Of a stretch of 64,000 nucleotides of DNA, positions 63,143 through 64,000 are shown in pieces (within the stretch, counting starts at the first letter, position 1; every line of letters starts with the position of its first letter). Location of the stretch: assembly GCF_036365525.1 (NCBI RefSeq), contig NC_090399.1, forward strand, positions 57,878,430 to 57,942,429, written 5' to 3'. Source of the stretch: Heterodontus francisci. Its lineage: Eukaryota. The notes beneath the pieces are model-generated. The model did not search any database, was not told the origin of the DNA, and saw only the letters and a list, made by a program, of their open reading frames with translations. A program made the translations under genes and the position numbers.

Positions 63143-64000
63143 CAAATGAGAATTTAACTCGTTGAAAGCTGCAATTGTGAAGACGTGATAGCTGACTGGT
63201 TAAGAGTTTGGGACATTCGTTTTAATGTCCCTTATCCACGCAGTTTCAAACCCTGCTTGCAAAACACCTGTTTCATACTAAATGTGATAATTCAAAGGGC
63301 TTATTTTTACTTTTCATAGCACAAGAAATTGAAATTAACTTTCTGAAGAAATTTCAAAGAAGTAAAATGTTATTTTGTTTGCCATGCCCTCTACTGAATT
63401 TATGTTACACCCAAATCCTTGTAGTAAAAGCAATTCATTAAATTAGTTTGTTCAGTGGAATGTAACTAATATCCTGCTCATAGTCCCCAGGTAACTGCCT
63501 CCATGGAGACTCCTTTGTGATATTAATAAGGGTGCCTCTGATTAAATCTTGAAATTCGCTTGGTCAGGATCTTATGCTTGGCACAAGTGAAATTGATGTT
63601 GCACATGATAAATGGGCTATCCTGTGATTTACCAAATAGAACTAATTTACTACCCTGTTCTTGCAGCCATCGGTATTCCTGGTAAGACAGTGAAACAGAT
63701 AGTATAATGTGAATAGCTATATGTGACCAATCATCTTATTTGTTCTCTACTCATTGCTAACAGTTAAGTATAAAGTAATTCCTGTGTTTTCTCAATGTGA
63801 ATTCTTAATTGAAATAATAAAGTTTCTTCAATTTTAACCACAGACAATGTTGAAGCAACAGCCCCTTCAATGTTTACAGAAGAAACTCCTCCACAGGATT
63901 GGAACAGACAATAGATCAGAAATCAATACGCAATTTTTAATGTCGAAGGCTGTTAAGTGGGTTACCACTGTAATGTGAGGATTTTAATAGTTATTGCTTT

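Overview
This is eukaryotic vertebrate DNA, most likely from a cartilaginous fish (shark), judging by the HE1/V-SINE, Deu-type SINE and CR1 repeats and by the MHC sequence. The one clear host gene is an MHC class I heavy-chain gene on the minus strand that resembles the elasmobranch UAA lineage. Its leader exon (10097-10145, MIGVIELVLLCGGVSA) splices in phase to an alpha-1 exon (1700-1960, GSHSLRYFY...RTNQTG), and it has a class I-type promoter (ISRE-like, X1, Y, CCAAT) at about 10500-10605. The alpha-2 and later exons lie beyond position 1. Roughly 50 of the 64 kb is tandem repeat: two intron-1 minisatellites, a 54-bp promoter/5'UTR repeat, and 55-bp, 33-bp and 37-bp (about 34.6 kb) satellites with higher-order structure. 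The rest is decayed retroelements: CR1, L2, Gypsy, Penelope-like ends, and two retrovirus-like relics, one with a dual RNase H pol. Nearly all long ORFs in the track are repeat artefacts. I found no intact novel multi-gene system. The most unusual signals are intron-1 arrays apparently amplified from 3' splice-site sequence, an altered SXY promoter, satellites that appear to have grown out of transposable-element sequence, and a possible lokiretrovirus-like fossil.
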